Part shown: positions 40,211-51,107 of the stretch, piece by piece
Layout: each line of letters starts with the position of its first letter
Numbering within the stretch: the stretch's first letter is position 1
Origin: Candidatus Cloacimonadales bacterium
GTDB lineage: Bacteria > Cloacimonadota > Cloacimonadia > Cloacimonadales > JAIOQZ01
DNA length: 64,000 nucleotides
Assembly (NCBI GenBank): GCA_963662655.2
Contig: CAXXTU010000002.1
Coordinates: forward strand, 224,001 to 288,000
Direction of reading: 5' to 3'
Position numbers and translations under genes: made by a program
Notes under the pieces: generated by a model
Database searches by the model: none
What the model was told of the DNA's origin: nothing
The model's input: the letters and a program-made list of their open reading frames with translations, nothing else

Positions 40211-40298
40211 TGGTGCAGAAGGCGGGACTCGAACCCGCACACCCGATGTGGGCACAAGATCCTTAGTCTTGCGTGTCTGCCAATTCCACCACTTCTGC
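40211..40298 (-). tRNA. tRNA-Leu (anticodon AAG)
   Basis: GCAGAAG acceptor stem, GGTGGAATTGGCAGACAC D arm, CAAGA-CT-AAG-GA-TCTTG anticodon arm, long variable arm, ACCA end. Confidence 0.95.
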
Positions 40299-40327
40299 GC
40301 TTCTATATTATCGTATAAAGATCGGTT

Positions 40328-40765
40328 TTATTCGCCTTTGGCTTTCTCGAGCGGTTGTGCTTCTTTCGAAGTTTGCGGCTGAGCTTTTACGTCGTCGGCT
40401 TTCTGCTTCACTTCGATCTGCATGGGCTCGGTTACAGGAACTTCCGTCGTGGTAGCGTCTGTAGCTTCACCTTCGGCAGCCTCTTCCTGAATCATTTCCA
40501 ACGCTGGAGTGTCAGGTGTTGTCTTGCCTGTTCGGTGCTGGTTGTTCACGAGCACGGCCATGAGAATGGAAGTCAGCATGAATGCGCCAGCGAAGATGCG
40601 TGTGAGCTTCTTCATGAAAGAAGTTGCGCCCTGGCTTCCCAGCATGTTCATGGCGGTTCCGCCGACGAGTCCGTCGATCGCTCCACCCTTGCTTGACTGG
40701 CTCAAGATGATCAGAATCAACGCGAAACTGATCAATACATGTATTACTAATAAAACATAAAACAT
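40328..40765 (-). CDS. secG: Preprotein translocase subunit SecG
   Basis: Two TM helices, ILSQSSKGG, KLTRIFA; followed by tRNA-Leu. Confidence 0.92.
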   Translation of the reverse strand: MFYVLLVIHVLISFALILIILSQSSKGGAIDGLVGGTAMNMLGSQGATSFMKKLTRIFAGAFMLTSILMAVLVNNQHRTGKTTPDTPALEMIQEEAAEGEATDATTTEVPVTEPMQIEVKQKADDVKAQPQTSKEAQPLEKAKGE

Positions 40766-41051
40766 CTTATAAACTCCAAGTTCACAATATCCGTAAGATC
40801 GAGAGCCACAATCAACACATGCGTTTTGGATGTCAATCTAATTTTTCGGAATTCTCAACTCATCAGTGGCGAGAAACGCATAACATATTGATAAAATAGT
40901 TAGATTGGTTGGCCTGCTAAATTGCCATCGATAATCAATCGGCTTCATGAAAGCATTTCTCTGGCTTGTGAGAAAAGAAAACAGAAAAAGCTTGACACCA
41001 ATAAAGTGCGGCGACAGTATAGCATTATATGATATAGCAAGAGGTGATGTA

Positions 41052-41429
41052 ATGGGACTTGATAAGAATGTTCAGAAAACAATCTCGATCTGGAAAAGAG
41101 AGTACAAGAAAGGGCTTACCTCATACATGATTCTGCTTCTACTCAGGAATGAAAGGTTGTATGGGTACCAGCTGTGCAGTCAGCTAACGGAGTTAATGGA
41201 TGAGAAAATTGTTTTCAAGGAGAACGCAATCTATGGCATCCTGAAACAAATGACAAAAAGAGAATTCGTCTCGTTCGAATGGCAGGATTCAACAAAGGGT
41301 CCAAAACGCAAATACTACAATATCACAGCAACCGGACTCCAATTGATTGATCTTTTCACAAAGGAATATGTGAATCCCATGTTAAAGGGACTGAGTTCGC
41401 TTGTTCAAGAGAAAGCAAATAAAACATAG
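41052..41429 (+). CDS. PadR family transcriptional regulator
   Basis: YGYQL, IYGIL, GPKRKYYNITATG. Confidence 0.9.
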   Translation: MGLDKNVQKTISIWKREYKKGLTSYMILLLLRNERLYGYQLCSQLTELMDEKIVFKENAIYGILKQMTKREFVSFEWQDSTKGPKRKYYNITATGLQLIDLFTKEYVNPMLKGLSSLVQEKANKT

Positions 41430-41447
41430 GCTCGAAACGGAGGGAAA

Positions 41448-42578
41448 ATGGTTGTGAGTCTTCCAGATATAAATATCGGCAATCTGCATGCCGAACATGC
41501 AATTATTCAGGGTGGAATGGGAGTCGGAATATCTCTATCCAACCTTGCATCTGCTGTGGCGGAACAGGGCGGAATCGGTGTGATTTCGTCTGTAGGACTG
41601 GGATTGATACATCCTGAAATGGGACGGAACTTCCACGAGGCCAATCTTAATGCCTTGAGAAATGAGATCCGTACTGCACGAAAGCAAACGAATGGCGTTC
41701 TTGGAGTCAATGTGATGGTGGCGGTATCTGACTATGACGATCTGGTATCGGTAGCCTTAGAAGAAAAGATCGATATCCTCTTCTTGGGTGCAGGATTACC
41801 GCTCAAACCACCAAGTCTCGTTTCCAGAAACGACCTCAGACGAGTCGAGACAAAAATCGCCGTAATCGTGTCATCAGAAAGAGCTGCAAGGATTGTTCTG
41901 AACACATGGGATAGGAAATTCTCGAGAGTGCCAGACGCTTTTGTTGTTGAAGGTCCCAAAGCGGGTGGGCATCTCGGTTTCAAGCGCGAGCAGATCGACG
42001 ATTCAAGTTTTTCGCTTGAGAGAATTCTTCCCGGCATCATCCATGTGGCGAACGAGTACTCCGCGAAATATCGAAGAGAAATTCCGGTAATAGCTGCCGG
42101 CGGAATCTTCAATGGAAAAGATATTCTGGATATCATGAGCCAGGGTGCGCAGGGTGTGCAGATGGGAACAAGATTCATTGCAACCGACGAGTGTGACGCC
42201 TCCGCCACTTTCAAAGATCAATTTATTCGTTGCGAATCGAAGGATATCGTGATAATCGATAGCCCGGTTGGGCTTCCTGGAAGGGCTATTGGTAATTCTT
42301 TCCTCGAACAAGTTAGTTGTGGCCAGAAGAAGCCCTTCAATTGCCCATGGAAGTGCCTTAAAAGTTGCGACTTCCATCACGCACCGTACTGCATTGCTCA
42401 GGCACTTAAAAATGCCAGAGAGGGTTTGTTCGATGACGGTTTCGCTTTCTCCGGCGCTAAAGCTTATTTGCTGGACCGAATTGTTTCTGTGAAAGAACTA
42501 TTCTCCAACCTTGCGAACGAGTATCAGAATGCATTCATCGACAGAGAGCTTGCAACGAACAGCTCCACGAGCATATAG
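41448..42578 (+). CDS. Nitronate monooxygenase/FabK-like flavoprotein
   Basis: IIQGGMGVGIS, VEGPKAGGHLG, IAAGGI, VQMGTRF. Confidence 0.92.
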   Translation: MVVSLPDINIGNLHAEHAIIQGGMGVGISLSNLASAVAEQGGIGVISSVGLGLIHPEMGRNFHEANLNALRNEIRTARKQTNGVLGVNVMVAVSDYDDLVSVALEEKIDILFLGAGLPLKPPSLVSRNDLRRVETKIAVIVSSERAARIVLNTWDRKFSRVPDAFVVEGPKAGGHLGFKREQIDDSSFSLERILPGIIHVANEYSAKYRREIPVIAAGGIFNGKDILDIMSQGAQGVQMGTRFIATDECDASATFKDQFIRCESKDIVIIDSPVGLPGRAIGNSFLEQVSCGQKKPFNCPWKCLKSCDFHHAPYCIAQALKNAREGLFDDGFAFSGAKAYLLDRIVSVKELFSNLANEYQNAFIDRELATNSSTSI

Positions 42579-42600
42579 ATTCTATCTGGAACGCATAATT

Positions 42601-43686
42601 TCAACATAAGATTATGCGTTCCAGCCCTTTCCGCAATTCGTTTTCAGTCACGCCGTAACTGATTCTGATCCACCCTCTGCCCATCTCGCCAAACGCGGAT
42701 CCGGGGACGGTAATGACTCCCTCCGCGAGCAATCTCTTTACAAAATCGCTGTCCGGGCCTTCGACTTTAACAAACATATACGGCGCGGCGTCGTTGGGGA
42801 GGATGTCCCAACCTGAAAGTTTGTGCAGGACGATCTCGCGGTTTGCGGCGAGCTTATGGCGGAGCTGTTCATTCACTCGCCATCCATACTCGGAGAACAA
42901 ATCCACTGCCACTTCCTGAGATATCCTCGGGGCGCAGGTCGCGGTATACTGATGTATCCTGGTTGCAGCTTGAATCAGTTCTTTGCTCGCGTTGAGCCAG
43001 CCCAGTCGCCAGCCGGTCATTGCATGCGATTTCGAGAGCGCAGAGATCACGATGCACTTCTCGAAGCTTCCCGAGAAACTTTCCGGTCTTGTACCATGGA
43101 ATAGTTCGCGATATACTTCGTCCACGATGAGCCAGACGTCGTTCTTCCGGCAGAAATCGATGATAGCGCTGCGATCCGGTTCGCTCAGCGCGGTTCCAAG
43201 CGGATTGGACGGATTGCAGACGATCACCGCTTTGATGTTGCGGTGATCTGCCAGGTTTGCTCGATCGAGCTGGAAATGGTTTTCGGGATCGAATCGATAG
43301 GGAAGGGGTACGCCTCTGTAGTAGCGGACTAGGTTTGGATAGGCGAGATAGCCCGGATCCGGCACCAGAACGCTGTCGCCCGGCTCGATGATCGCTGCGA
43401 GCGCGATGAATATCGCTTCTTCCGCCCCGCAGGTCACGCAGATATTGCCGGGATCAACGCCATAGTGTTCGGCGAGTTTCCGCCTGAGCAAAGGCAGCCC
43501 AGCGTTGGGCGTATAGGTGATATCCCCGCGCTCGAGGGCGCGAAATCCGGCTTCCTTAATAAATGGATGGAGCGGGAACTTGAGTTCGCCCAGGCCGAGG
43601 TTGATTGCTCCAGCTGGCGCGTGATTGAATATCTCGCGAATCGGCGAAGGCCTGAGCTGGCGGGATCGGCCGGACAACTCCATCAT
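42601..43686 (-). CDS. PLP-dependent class I/II aminotransferase (probable DapC by context)
   Basis: [23 protein letters not shown]; coupled to dapD. Confidence 0.88.
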   Translation of the reverse strand: MMELSGRSRQLRPSPIREIFNHAPAGAINLGLGELKFPLHPFIKEAGFRALERGDITYTPNAGLPLLRRKLAEHYGVDPGNICVTCGAEEAIFIALAAIIEPGDSVLVPDPGYLAYPNLVRYYRGVPLPYRFDPENHFQLDRANLADHRNIKAVIVCNPSNPLGTALSEPDRSAIIDFCRKNDVWLIVDEVYRELFHGTRPESFSGSFEKCIVISALSKSHAMTGWRLGWLNASKELIQAATRIHQYTATCAPRISQEVAVDLFSEYGWRVNEQLRHKLAANREIVLHKLSGWDILPNDAAPYMFVKVEGPDSDFVKRLLAEGVITVPGSAFGEMGRGWIRISYGVTENELRKGLERIILC

Positions 43687-44495
43687 CGTAGGGTGTCCTC
43701 GAGCGTCACCGAGACATCGCTTTTTTCGTCGCGATACTTGATAATGATGGGGCAGTACACGGAAAAACCTTCATGACCTTTAAGTGGACGGCTCCCCGGC
43801 ACGATGACGGCTCCTTCGGGGATCCGCCGTTTGGAGCGATCGAGGAATTCGCCGTTGACCGCGTCGTAGACGGGCGTGCTTTGGGTGATGATCACGCCGG
43901 CGGCGATGATCGCGCGATTTCCCACGATGATTCCGTCGAATATCCCGGAGTTCCCACCGATGAATACGTCGTCCTCGATGATGACCGGCTGCGCTCCGAT
44001 TGGCTCGAGCACGCCTCCGAGAATCGCACCCGCGCTAAGATGAACACGCCTTCCCACTTGGGCGCAACTGCCCACGAGCGCGTGCGAATCGATCATGGAA
44101 CCTTCGTCGACATATCCGCCGACATTGATGTACGACGGAGGCATCACCACGACGGATTTTGCCAGAAACGAGCCGGTGCGCACGGATGTTCCGCCCGGGA
44201 CGACACGTACGCCGTCTTCGATCTCGAAGCTTCTTTCGGGGTAGGTGCTCTTATCGATGAAGTACTTCATCCGGCTTTGGGGCATCTTCTCCAGCGAGCC
44301 CATGCGGAACCCGATCAGGATTCCCTTCTTGATCCAGCCGTTGACCTGCCACGTGCAATCGATCTTCTCAGCAGCGCGGATTTCACCGCGGTTGAGCGCT
44401 TCGATGAAACGGGCGAACAGATCTCGATCCTGTTCTGAATATTTCTCCGGGGGATTGTTATATAGATTTTCAATAGCGTTTTTCAGGTTGTCCAT
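43683..44495 (-). CDS. dapD: Tetrahydrodipicolinate N-succinyltransferase
   Basis: [34 protein letters not shown]. Confidence 0.94.
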   Translation of the reverse strand: MDNLKNAIENLYNNPPEKYSEQDRDLFARFIEALNRGEIRAAEKIDCTWQVNGWIKKGILIGFRMGSLEKMPQSRMKYFIDKSTYPERSFEIEDGVRVVPGGTSVRTGSFLAKSVVVMPPSYINVGGYVDEGSMIDSHALVGSCAQVGRRVHLSAGAILGGVLEPIGAQPVIIEDDVFIGGNSGIFDGIIVGNRAIIAAGVIITQSTPVYDAVNGEFLDRSKRRIPEGAVIVPGSRPLKGHEGFSVYCPIIIKYRDEKSDVSVTLEDTLR

Positions 44496-45486
44496 ATTTT
44501 CTCCTGTGTTCTCTGATGTTGGCAAAAACATTGATCTCTTGCGCGATGCGACCAGGGTTCATCACGTGGACCGCAGCACCGATATCGGCGGCGACCTTGG
44601 GCATTCCATAGACCACGCACGTGGCTTCATCCTGCGCGACGGTGTGCCAGCCGGCCTTACGAAGCTCCAGAAGCCCCCATGCGCCATCCTCGCCCATTCC
44701 GGTGAGTAGAACAGCCATGCCGGGAGGTTGTCGCTCGACGATGCTGTTGAAAAATACGTCTACTGATGGGTGATAGAATCGCTGTGTGGGATCGTCGCGA
44801 TAACGGAAACGATTCCAGCGCGTGAGGACGAGATGTTCGTCGGTGGCTGCCAGGTAGATGTTGTTATCACGGGGAGAATCGCCGGATTGTGCGACCTGCA
44901 CGGGGATTTCCGTGTATTTCTGCATCCAGTCCACCATGCCTACGGCAAAGCTCCTGGCTATATGCAATATGATAATTACCGCGGCAGGCAGCGGTTCGTT
45001 CAGCTTTTCCATGATGGAGGTGAGGATTCCCGGTCCACCGGTGGAGGCTCCGATCGCGACAAGCGTTGGAAGGTTCGCCTCGCTGGATTCCGTCGTCATC
45101 GGGCTGGATAGATTTCCAAGATTGCGGATTTTACGAACGAACTCCACGAGGTTTTCGGCTGTCGGATCCTTGGGGACAATCGCGCGGTCGGTGGCTCCGG
45201 CCGCCATCAATTCGAATATGAAGCGGGTGTCGCGTCCCAGATTGTGCGCGATGACCAGCACCTGGCATTTCCATACCTTGAGTAGGTCCTCGACGGTCTT
45301 TTTAGCTACGACAAGCGGAATGTCGATGGCGATCATGAATACGTCCACGCGTTGCCTGCGGTGGAGCTCAACCGCCTCGGGGCCCGTCCTTGCTGCCCAG
45401 AGGATTTCGAGATCGTTCTCCGAGCGAGTCAGCGAGTAGATCAAGCCGGATAGCTGCCCGGATATGGTGAAAATCCCGATCTTCAA
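44470..45486 (-). CDS. cheB: CheB/WspF-like methylesterase with degenerate receiver domain
   Basis: [31 protein letters not shown]. Confidence 0.88.
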   Translation of the reverse strand: MKIGIFTISGQLSGLIYSLTRSENDLEILWAARTGPEAVELHRRQRVDVFMIAIDIPLVVAKKTVEDLLKVWKCQVLVIAHNLGRDTRFIFELMAAGATDRAIVPKDPTAENLVEFVRKIRNLGNLSSPMTTESSEANLPTLVAIGASTGGPGILTSIMEKLNEPLPAAVIIILHIARSFAVGMVDWMQKYTEIPVQVAQSGDSPRDNNIYLAATDEHLVLTRWNRFRYRDDPTQRFYHPSVDVFFNSIVERQPPGMAVLLTGMGEDGAWGLLELRKAGWHTVAQDEATCVVYGMPKVAADIGAAVHVMNPGRIAQEINVFANIREHRRKYGQPEKRY

Positions 45487-47294
45487 GATACGTCGCTTTC
45501 TCCGGAGTCGATGCCCCTGAAATATTTCAGCTCTTGCTGGAGATTAGCAGCCGCTTCCTTGAGCTGTCGCGTGGTCTTTTCGAAGTCCGCGATGGAGTCG
45601 GATGTCTTGAAGGCTGTCTGATTGAGGTCGGACATGGCGGTGCTGATTTGTCCGGCGCCTTCCGACTGCATCTGTATCTGCGCTTCCACTTCCTCGAAGC
45701 GAGGCGTGAGTTGTTGCACCTTCTCGATGATCCTTTCCAGCTTGGAGATGATACCCTGGACATCTTCCGTTCCACTTCGCACGCGGTGCATGAACTTCTC
45801 CATCTCCATCACGCCGGAGGAGACCGAGTTGTACATCTCCTTGATCATTTTGCCGATGTCCATGGTTGCAACGGCCGTTTGATCGGCGAGGCGACGGATT
45901 TCCCGCGCTACGACGGAGAATCCCTTGCCGTATTCGCCGGCTTTTTCCGCCTCGATCGCCGCGTTCAGCGAAAGGAGATTCGTCTTCTCGGCTACTTTGG
46001 AGATGGTGGTCGTGATTGTATTGATATTTTCCGTTCGTTCGTTGATGATGGTGAGCTTGTCCGAGATCGAGATGGAGGCGTCGAGTAGTTCGCGCATGGT
46101 TTTGTCCATCTGTATCAGGTCGTTCTTGCCGGTTCCGGCCAGGTCGGCGGTGTCGTTGGCGGAGTCGGTCACTTCGCTCATGGTCTGAACCAGCTCGCGG
46201 GATGTGGCGGAAATCTGCCTGGAGGCGGCCACCACCTGGTTGGTGGAAGAGCCGAGTCCGTTGATGTTATCCTGTTGCTGAAGCGCGGTTGCCGAAATCT
46301 CCGTGGCTGTCGAGATGAGGCTGATCACGGACCGCTTCACCTCCACGAGTAACGACTGGAAATGGAATTTCATCTCGTTGAAGGCATTCGCGAGCTGCTG
46401 TTGCTCGGTGGAGCCCTGCGGTGAGAAATCGGTGGAGAAATCTCCCTTGGACATTGATTCCACATGGTCCCGTAGACGCAGTACGGGCTTGGAGATGCGG
46501 TGCGAGAACCACACGCCGAATCCAATGGCAACGAGCAGAATCAGGAAATCTACCAGGAAGCCTACCATATAGAGGTGCTTCTTGATTCGTGTCGTCGTCT
46601 CGTCGAATCCCTTGTCGATCAGTGCGATGTGTGCGTTCGACTCTTTCTCGATCTGCTCGTGTACCGGCATGAAGTAGGCGTCGATGTTGACGGCAGCCAC
46701 GAGGATGAGTTTTGTGCCGGGTATATGACGGAGCACCATGAACTTGCGGCGCTCGTTGTTCTCTTTGTCCAGAAAGGTGTAGTATCCCTTGATGTGATCC
46801 TGCGTAAACGATTGCTCCACAAGGTCCCACATGACGGGGAACTGCTCCTGCCACTCGTTGAAATTGCGGCCTTCGATATCCTTATTCGGATGGAGGATCG
46901 AGATTCCTTTGTTGTCTAGAACATCCATGTATCCGGCCTTGCGGTCGTCGATGTGAATATCCTGTGTGGCGACGGCTCGCACCGGTTCATCTTTTCGGAG
47001 CTTGTTATAGTTGTTGGCGTCTTTCCCTTTCAACATCCAGGAAAGCTCGACGACCGCTGTGTTGGCCTGCGCTTCGACCAGCTTCTCGCCGTATCGACTC
47101 AGTACATTCTCCGAAAGCCGGTAATTGACTTCCGCGATGGATGTCGCCTGTTTCGAGGCAATGGAATGAACTTCGTCAACGATGGTTGAAAGCACGAGGC
47201 TGGTGAGGACCGCGGCGCTCGCCATAACCACGACGATGATCGTGAGATAGGACAGCATCAGCGATGTGCGAATCTTTACGCTTCTCAATGGCAT
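45483..47294 (-). CDS. Methyl-accepting chemotaxis protein (WspA-like signalling tip, Cache/HAMP)
   Basis: Two TM helices, [40 protein letters not shown]. Confidence 0.92.
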   Translation of the reverse strand: MPLRSVKIRTSLMLSYLTIIVVVMASAAVLTSLVLSTIVDEVHSIASKQATSIAEVNYRLSENVLSRYGEKLVEAQANTAVVELSWMLKGKDANNYNKLRKDEPVRAVATQDIHIDDRKAGYMDVLDNKGISILHPNKDIEGRNFNEWQEQFPVMWDLVEQSFTQDHIKGYYTFLDKENNERRKFMVLRHIPGTKLILVAAVNIDAYFMPVHEQIEKESNAHIALIDKGFDETTTRIKKHLYMVGFLVDFLILLVAIGFGVWFSHRISKPVLRLRDHVESMSKGDFSTDFSPQGSTEQQQLANAFNEMKFHFQSLLVEVKRSVISLISTATEISATALQQQDNINGLGSSTNQVVAASRQISATSRELVQTMSEVTDSANDTADLAGTGKNDLIQMDKTMRELLDASISISDKLTIINERTENINTITTTISKVAEKTNLLSLNAAIEAEKAGEYGKGFSVVAREIRRLADQTAVATMDIGKMIKEMYNSVSSGVMEMEKFMHRVRSGTEDVQGIISKLERIIEKVQQLTPRFEEVEAQIQMQSEGAGQISTAMSDLNQTAFKTSDSIADFEKTTRQLKEAAANLQQELKYFRGIDSGESDVS

Positions 47295-47431
47295 TGGATA
47301 CTCCCGCCTGAATTTCTTGCAGGAAACTATGTAATACCACCGATTCTACGTCAATCTTTTCTCGAAAATCATCCTTTCGTCGTTTGCATCGCCTCGAAAT
47401 GTGATTGCTTTCGCCTGTTTTGCCGGGGAAA

Positions 47432-49972
47432 TTACTTCAGAAGCAGCATTCTCCTCGTTAGCGATTTACCCGTTGTCTCGATTCGGTAGAAATATACACC
47501 GCTTGAAACGTTCTTGCCATTGTTGTCGATTCCCTTCCAGATAACGTCGTGTGCGCCAGCGCTTTGGATATCGTCCACAAGCGTGGCGACCTTCTGACCG
47601 CGAATGTTGAAAACTTCCAGGAGAACATGGCTGTCTTGCGGAATGGAATAGCGGATCGCCGTCTCTGGATTGAACGGATTCGGGACGTTTTGCGCCAGTG
47701 TCATTCGATAAGGCTCTACATCGACTTCGGAACTCATCTCGCCGGTCGTGAAGCTGAACGTGCGCTCCGCCTGGATGCGATTGTCGTCTTTCACCATCAT
47801 GGTCAGTTGCCATGTCTGATCGTCTTCAATCGGGGTTCCCGAGAAAATCCCGTCCTCGCTAAGAATCATTCCTTCAGGGGTTTCCGGATACTCGTAATAG
47901 CATGAGTATGCTGGGAATATCTGCTCGTTTCCGGAGATCGAGAGCATATCGAAATTCACGCCGTCGCCTTTGGATACTCCCGCCGCCCAATTGCTGCTGG
48001 GATCGACATTCCCGTAGAAGAACTCGATCTTGCCATCGTTGTGGAGAAATGCCATCATCTCCAGGTCGAAACCGGGATCGTCGTAGCGAGAGGCTTTCCA
48101 CTTGATCTTCGCTCTGCGGGAATCGGTTTCGAACCAGATGCCGTCGCCGAGATCCGGAAAAAGCATCAGGTCTGATCCGTAAGGCGTAATGATGCGTTGA
48201 TTGATAATGGCGTTCTCGTTTCGCGCGCTGGTGGAGCCGTAATCGAAGCCGATGCTTCCATCCGTTCCTATGTAGATAAAGTCATGGATTTCGCCGTAAA
48301 AGGGGAAGTTGAACGGCAGCAACTGCATGGTGGAGCTGTCGTCGTAACCGGTCAGGTAGAGCTGCGTACCCTCGAAATCCGGATAATCCGATGTCGTCTC
48401 GATATCGGAGTAGTCCATCAGCATACTCCAGCGATAGGGCGGTTGCCCGTTCTCGGCAACCAGTTGGAACGAGTATGGCTCATTGACATCCGCTTCCGGT
48501 AAATCCTGCGGGGGAATCGTCACGCGGTCGAACTCGATGCTGGCGTTGACCGGGCAGTAGGTGATCCCATGGTTCTCGATGGGGACGGATGTCTCGCTCC
48601 AGGCGGTTTCAATTGGCTCGTCCTGGGTTTCATTGATGAACGAAAGAAAATCCACCGAGCCCTCGCCAATTCCATCCGGATCGTTCTCTTCCACGATGAG
48701 GAAGAAGCGGAATTCCTCGCCAAGCTCCACATAGCTCAGGAGCGGCGTGACGTCCAGCCCGATCTCGATGGTTTTGTCCGCAAGGGTCGTTCCGCCTTGC
48801 ATGTAGCGCTCGCCTCCCTGATAATTGAACATCGGATAGGAAATGGTGTAAGTGGGTTCGGTCGCTTCGGGATCCGCCGAGACTCCCGCGGATAGCCTGA
48901 TTTTGTTTCTGCAATCATGGGTAAGGGTGACCTTCGCGGTTGCGAGGGGTTGATACGTCTGTTTGGCTCGCATGACGTGAACGGTGTTGTTCCATACGCC
49001 TCCTTCTGATACGTCCAGCGCGAGAAGCCTGTACATCATGTATATCTTGCCGTCGTCTCCCCAGTCGTTTCCCCAGCTGTTGGCCACGATCAGAGCGCCG
49101 ATTTCCCAATCGCGCATATCGACGATGTTATCGCCGTTGGTGTCGATGTCGTTGGTGTACCGGCCATCGTTATTGTAGTCGTATCGGATGGAATCGTTGT
49201 ATCCGACGAACGTCATGGCGTGATTCATGACATCGCCCCACTGTATTACGCACTGTATGCCGGGCTCGGGATTGTAGTCGAACAGATAAACGGTCTGCAT
49301 TTCTGTAACACCGCAGGCGAAGTTCGCCAGGCCGCCGATTTCCGAGCCGTCGAGGTGGTCGTTCATCCACGCCTTGAGTGTTTCGAGACCGAGGGTGTCG
49401 CCAACGAAGATGGAAGAGACTTCCAGAACGCGGTTTTCCATTCCGGCGCGGTATTCGTCGTAACCGCTCATCCATCTCGTGCGCCCGCCCGTCGCGATGC
49501 CACCTCCATAGGTTTGCGTATTGGGGCATCCGTTCGCGTCGATGATGTTCCAGCCGTCCCAATACCACGATCCGCCTTCTTCACCGCCGTTCAGGAAGTT
49601 CCAGGTATAGTGGGTCGGATACACGTTTTCGGCAGTGTTCGCGTTGATGTCACGCTCCCAGTCGATCTCATACGTGAAGTTGTATCCGATACCGCTGGCT
49701 TGTCCGCAGCTTCCGCCATCCTGGTTGAAGATCGGGCGAAAATACGGGTAAAGCGAGTTGTCAACGGATGCCGGCCTGTTCCTAACCGCCTGGTCCCGGG
49801 TGAGTCTGAGATTCGGAAGCGATTCCAGATAGAGGGAGTCGGCGTGCGTGAGCGGTCGAAGTCCTCCCGCCAGCCAAGGCTCGCCGAAAGGATCGGGATT
49901 CAGATTGATCAGTTCCGCCAGGAGAATTACCTGCGCTATCAACAATATTGAAAGTAACATAAGCCTTTTCAT
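47432..49972 (-). CDS. Papain-like (C1) cysteine peptidase with C-terminal T9SS-A domain
   Basis: NQDGGSCGQAS, HAMTFVGY, ANSWG..WG..G, VPNPFNPET C-terminal domain. Confidence 0.88.
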   Translation of the reverse strand: MKRLMLLSILLIAQVILLAELINLNPDPFGEPWLAGGLRPLTHADSLYLESLPNLRLTRDQAVRNRPASVDNSLYPYFRPIFNQDGGSCGQASGIGYNFTYEIDWERDINANTAENVYPTHYTWNFLNGGEEGGSWYWDGWNIIDANGCPNTQTYGGGIATGGRTRWMSGYDEYRAGMENRVLEVSSIFVGDTLGLETLKAWMNDHLDGSEIGGLANFACGVTEMQTVYLFDYNPEPGIQCVIQWGDVMNHAMTFVGYNDSIRYDYNNDGRYTNDIDTNGDNIVDMRDWEIGALIVANSWGNDWGDDGKIYMMYRLLALDVSEGGVWNNTVHVMRAKQTYQPLATAKVTLTHDCRNKIRLSAGVSADPEATEPTYTISYPMFNYQGGERYMQGGTTLADKTIEIGLDVTPLLSYVELGEEFRFFLIVEENDPDGIGEGSVDFLSFINETQDEPIETAWSETSVPIENHGITYCPVNASIEFDRVTIPPQDLPEADVNEPYSFQLVAENGQPPYRWSMLMDYSDIETTSDYPDFEGTQLYLTGYDDSSTMQLLPFNFPFYGEIHDFIYIGTDGSIGFDYGSTSARNENAIINQRIITPYGSDLMLFPDLGDGIWFETDSRRAKIKWKASRYDDPGFDLEMMAFLHNDGKIEFFYGNVDPSSNWAAGVSKGDGVNFDMLSISGNEQIFPAYSCYYEYPETPEGMILSEDGIFSGTPIEDDQTWQLTMMVKDDNRIQAERTFSFTTGEMSSEVDVEPYRMTLAQNVPNPFNPETAIRYSIPQDSHVLLEVFNIRGQKVATLVDDIQSAGAHDVIWKGIDNNGKNVSSGVYFYRIETTGKSLTRRMLLLK

Positions 49973-50111
49973 ATATACACCTCGCTTGTCATGTCAACTT
50001 GCAACTTCCGTTCCTGAAGCATCTTGGATGAATTTGATTTATTTTATTTTACGCAACAAAAATGATTGACATTGAAAATTCTGTCGATATTTTTTCGATA
50101 GGAAGGTGTAA

Positions 50112-51101
50112 ATGAAAAGGAAATTCTGGATTCCTCTGCTGGGCTTGCTCATTGTTTTCACTGTGGCTACCGTTTTGCTCTATTGCAAGGATAAGAGATG
50201 CACGCTCTATCCCGTGCGTTTCGGATATGCCGAGTCTCTCAATTTTTTACCCTCGCTGGCGGACGATATCAAAGCGTATGAGGAGAATTGCATTAAAATC
50301 GAGCCGACACTGTATGGGACGGGCAAACAAGCTCTTGCGGGGCTTGTCGCGGGGGATGTCGATTTTTGCGTTGCCGGCCTTGGACCTTACGTGTACAGTT
50401 CGGTGGCGAATGACTCGCTACAAATCATTGCGTCCGTAGCGACGTTCTACAATCTATACCATGTTCTTGCCCGGGAAGATCGTGGCATTCACGAGCCCAT
50501 CGATCTGATCGGGAAAACCATCGGGACGACAAAAGGTTCTTCCATCCATTACTTCCTGAACAATTTTCTCCTGGAAAATCGAATTCCCGAAGAAGAAGTG
50601 CATTTCGTCTTCGATAAAGCAGGCAATCTCACGGACTTGATGATTTCCGGGAAGCTGGACGCAATCTGTTTGCGGGATCCGTATCTTGAGAAGATCGATA
50701 CGGCATTGAAGGGGAAAATCAACCGATTCAGCAGTCCCGAATTGCCTTCGAATACCTTGAACATCGTCACGACGAAGCAGTTCATTCGTGTACATCCTGA
50801 GGTCGTCTATGGATTCATCGCAGCGATTTATGAAGCCGAACTGGCATATCTGGACAAGACAGACGGGTACAAGGTTTTTTATTCAATGTTGAGTCCTGAG
50901 ATGAAAAGAAACTGGTCCAATCCCGAAACACGCTTGCACGTCTCTCTCGAGCAGAACCTGATTCTCGAGATGGAAAATATCGCGCGGTGGATGGTGCGAA
51001 TGGAGTTGATGCGCTGCGATGTCATCCCCGATTATCAGGATCGCATCGACACAACGTTTCTTGCTCAGGCCAATCCTCATGCAATCACCATTATTCAATA
51101 A
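50112..51101 (+). CDS. SsuA/NrtA-like periplasmic substrate-binding protein
   Basis: G..AL..L.AG.VD, DLIGKTIGTTKGSS. Confidence 0.85.
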   Translation: MKRKFWIPLLGLLIVFTVATVLLYCKDKRCTLYPVRFGYAESLNFLPSLADDIKAYEENCIKIEPTLYGTGKQALAGLVAGDVDFCVAGLGPYVYSSVANDSLQIIASVATFYNLYHVLAREDRGIHEPIDLIGKTIGTTKGSSIHYFLNNFLLENRIPEEEVHFVFDKAGNLTDLMISGKLDAICLRDPYLEKIDTALKGKINRFSSPELPSNTLNIVTTKQFIRVHPEVVYGFIAAIYEAELAYLDKTDGYKVFYSMLSPEMKRNWSNPETRLHVSLEQNLILEMENIARWMVRMELMRCDVIPDYQDRIDTTFLAQANPHAITIIQ

Positions 51102-51107
51102 AGCGCT

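Noticed and set aside
40910..40926. Sigma-54 promoter TGGCCTGCTAAATTGC
   Set aside because: GG-to-GC spacing is one base too long, despite a nearby IHF-like site at 40881-40893.
49729..49741. Fourth copy of the hairpin element (GATCGGGCGAA)
   Set aside because: An isolated 11-nt match inside a coding region with no partner arm.
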